NCBI GenBank assembly: GCA_027452205.1
Contig: DAIDGV010000024.1
Location: forward strand, 30,750 to 94,749
Length of the DNA stretch: 64,000 nt
DNA from: a candidate division FCPU426 bacterium
GTDB taxonomy: Bacteria; Oederibacteriota; Muellerivitia; Muellerivitales; Muellerivitaceae
Direction: 5' to 3'
Made by a program: the position numbers and the translations under genes
In this document: positions 63,449 to 64,000 of the stretch, piece by piece
Position numbering within the stretch: position 1 is the stretch's first letter
How the letters are laid out: the number at the start of each line of letters is the position of its first letter
Notes under the pieces: model-generated
What the model was told of the DNA's origin: nothing
What the model saw: the letters and a program-made list of their open reading frames with translations, nothing else
Databases searched by the model: none

Positions 63449-64000
63449 TCACACCATAAGGGTTTCGAGAATGCCGTTGAGTACGAAGTACCCTTTGGCC
63501 GTGGCCCGGTAATGGCCGTCATGGAGGGAGAGAAAACCCTCTTTCACGAAACGATTGAACCGCTCTTTATAAGACGACCCGCCTTGGGAGCGGACATAGG
63601 CTTCCAGTTCTTCCTGGGACACGCCGTCCTTGGTGCGGAACCGGAGCATGATCCTTTCCCAGGCCTGGACCGATCCGGACAGGGCTTCCTTCACCAATAG
63701 ACCGCGGCGGCCCTGGGGCGCTTGGCGGATATACTCCATCAGGTCGTCGCCATGCCCATGGCGGACGCCTTTGACCGTACCCACCGCGGAGACACCGAAA
63801 CCCCAATAATCTTCCCCCCGCCAAATGTTCCAATTATGGTGGCAAGCGAAACCCCGCTTGGAAAAATTGGAGACCTCGTATTGCTCGTAACCCCGCTCGG
63901 TCAGGAACATCTGGGCAAAGGTATATTCATCAGCCATTTGCTCGTCGCTGGGCAGCAACAACCCTTCTTCGACTTGCCGGGCCAAAGGCGTTCCTTCTTC
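63449..64000 (-). CDS. hemW: radical-SAM heme chaperone HemW / oxygen-independent coproporphyrinogen-III oxidase-like protein, C-terminal part; 5' end outside the window
   Basis: HemN_C-like C-terminal domain (…LMLRFRTKDGVSQEELE…). The reading frame continues past position 64000. Confidence 0.7.
   Translation of the reverse strand, partial: EEGTPLARQVEEGLLLPSDEQMADEYTFAQMFLTERGYEQYEVSNFSKRGFACHHNWNIWRGEDYWGFGVSAVGTVKGVRHGHGDDLMEYIRQAPQGRRGLLVKEALSGSVQAWERIMLRFRTKDGVSQEELEAYVRSQGGSSYKERFNRFVKEGFLSLHDGHYRATAKGYFVLNGILETLMV

Noticed and set aside
1-64000. CRISPR arrays, transposases, integrases, phage genes, toxin-antitoxin pairs
   Set aside because: No regularly spaced direct repeats and no ORFs resembling these families were seen anywhere in the window.

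Overview
The window is a 64 kb, high-GC (about 58%) bacterial chromosomal segment. Most genes are on the minus strand and are closely packed, with many 4-nt ATGA stop/start overlaps.

Housekeeping blocks recognised:
- glmU-prs-rplY(ctc)-pth.
- The conserved rimP-nusA-infB-rbfA-nrnA-truB-ribF-rpsO-pnp operon, sitting directly downstream of a PolC-type DNA polymerase III alpha gene.
- proS-ispG, sucC-sucD, rseP-dxr, and dnaK-grpE with the C-terminal part of a hemW-like gene.
- ispE with an upstream TPR protein.
- One tRNA-Gln(UUG).

Interspersed accessory content is dominated by envelope and glycan functions:
- Three GT-C-like polytopic glycosyltransferases: a tandem pair of paralogs, plus one fused to PA14 domains.
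- One further large polytopic membrane protein of unknown family (699 aa).
- GT4 and GT9-like transferases.
- A WecA-like initiating transferase with a UDP-galactopyranose-mutase-like flavoprotein.
- A tandem pair of secreted paralogs.
- A GGDEF cyclase, a ZIP metal transporter and a glutathione peroxidase.

The most unusual locus is a seven-gene minus-strand operon (13202-21741). It couples an FkbH-like HAD-IIIC/GNAT loader, a stand-alone acyl carrier protein and a MaoC-dehydratase/SDR fusion to a DltB/AlgI-type MBOAT and two SGNH proteins; one SGNH protein is DltD/AlgJ-like. A secreted GH20-like hydrolase is encoded at the head of the operon. This looks like a Dlt-type carrier-protein-dependent surface-polymer acylation system in which the DltA adenylation step is replaced by an FkbH-type loader.

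A second notable locus is a complete sigma-54 regulatory module. It comprises an enhancer-binding-protein gene whose sensor is a zinc ribbon plus TPR repeats. Immediately downstream lies an AT-rich cluster of GTGTAAA repeats, and about 100 bp beyond that a textbook TGGCACG-N4-TTGCT promoter. The promoter points into a terminator-like hairpin and then the wecA-like operon.

The PolC has N-terminal OB-PHP organisation but lacks the inserted 3'-5' exonuclease domain.

No CRISPR array, transposase, integrase or rRNA was found.
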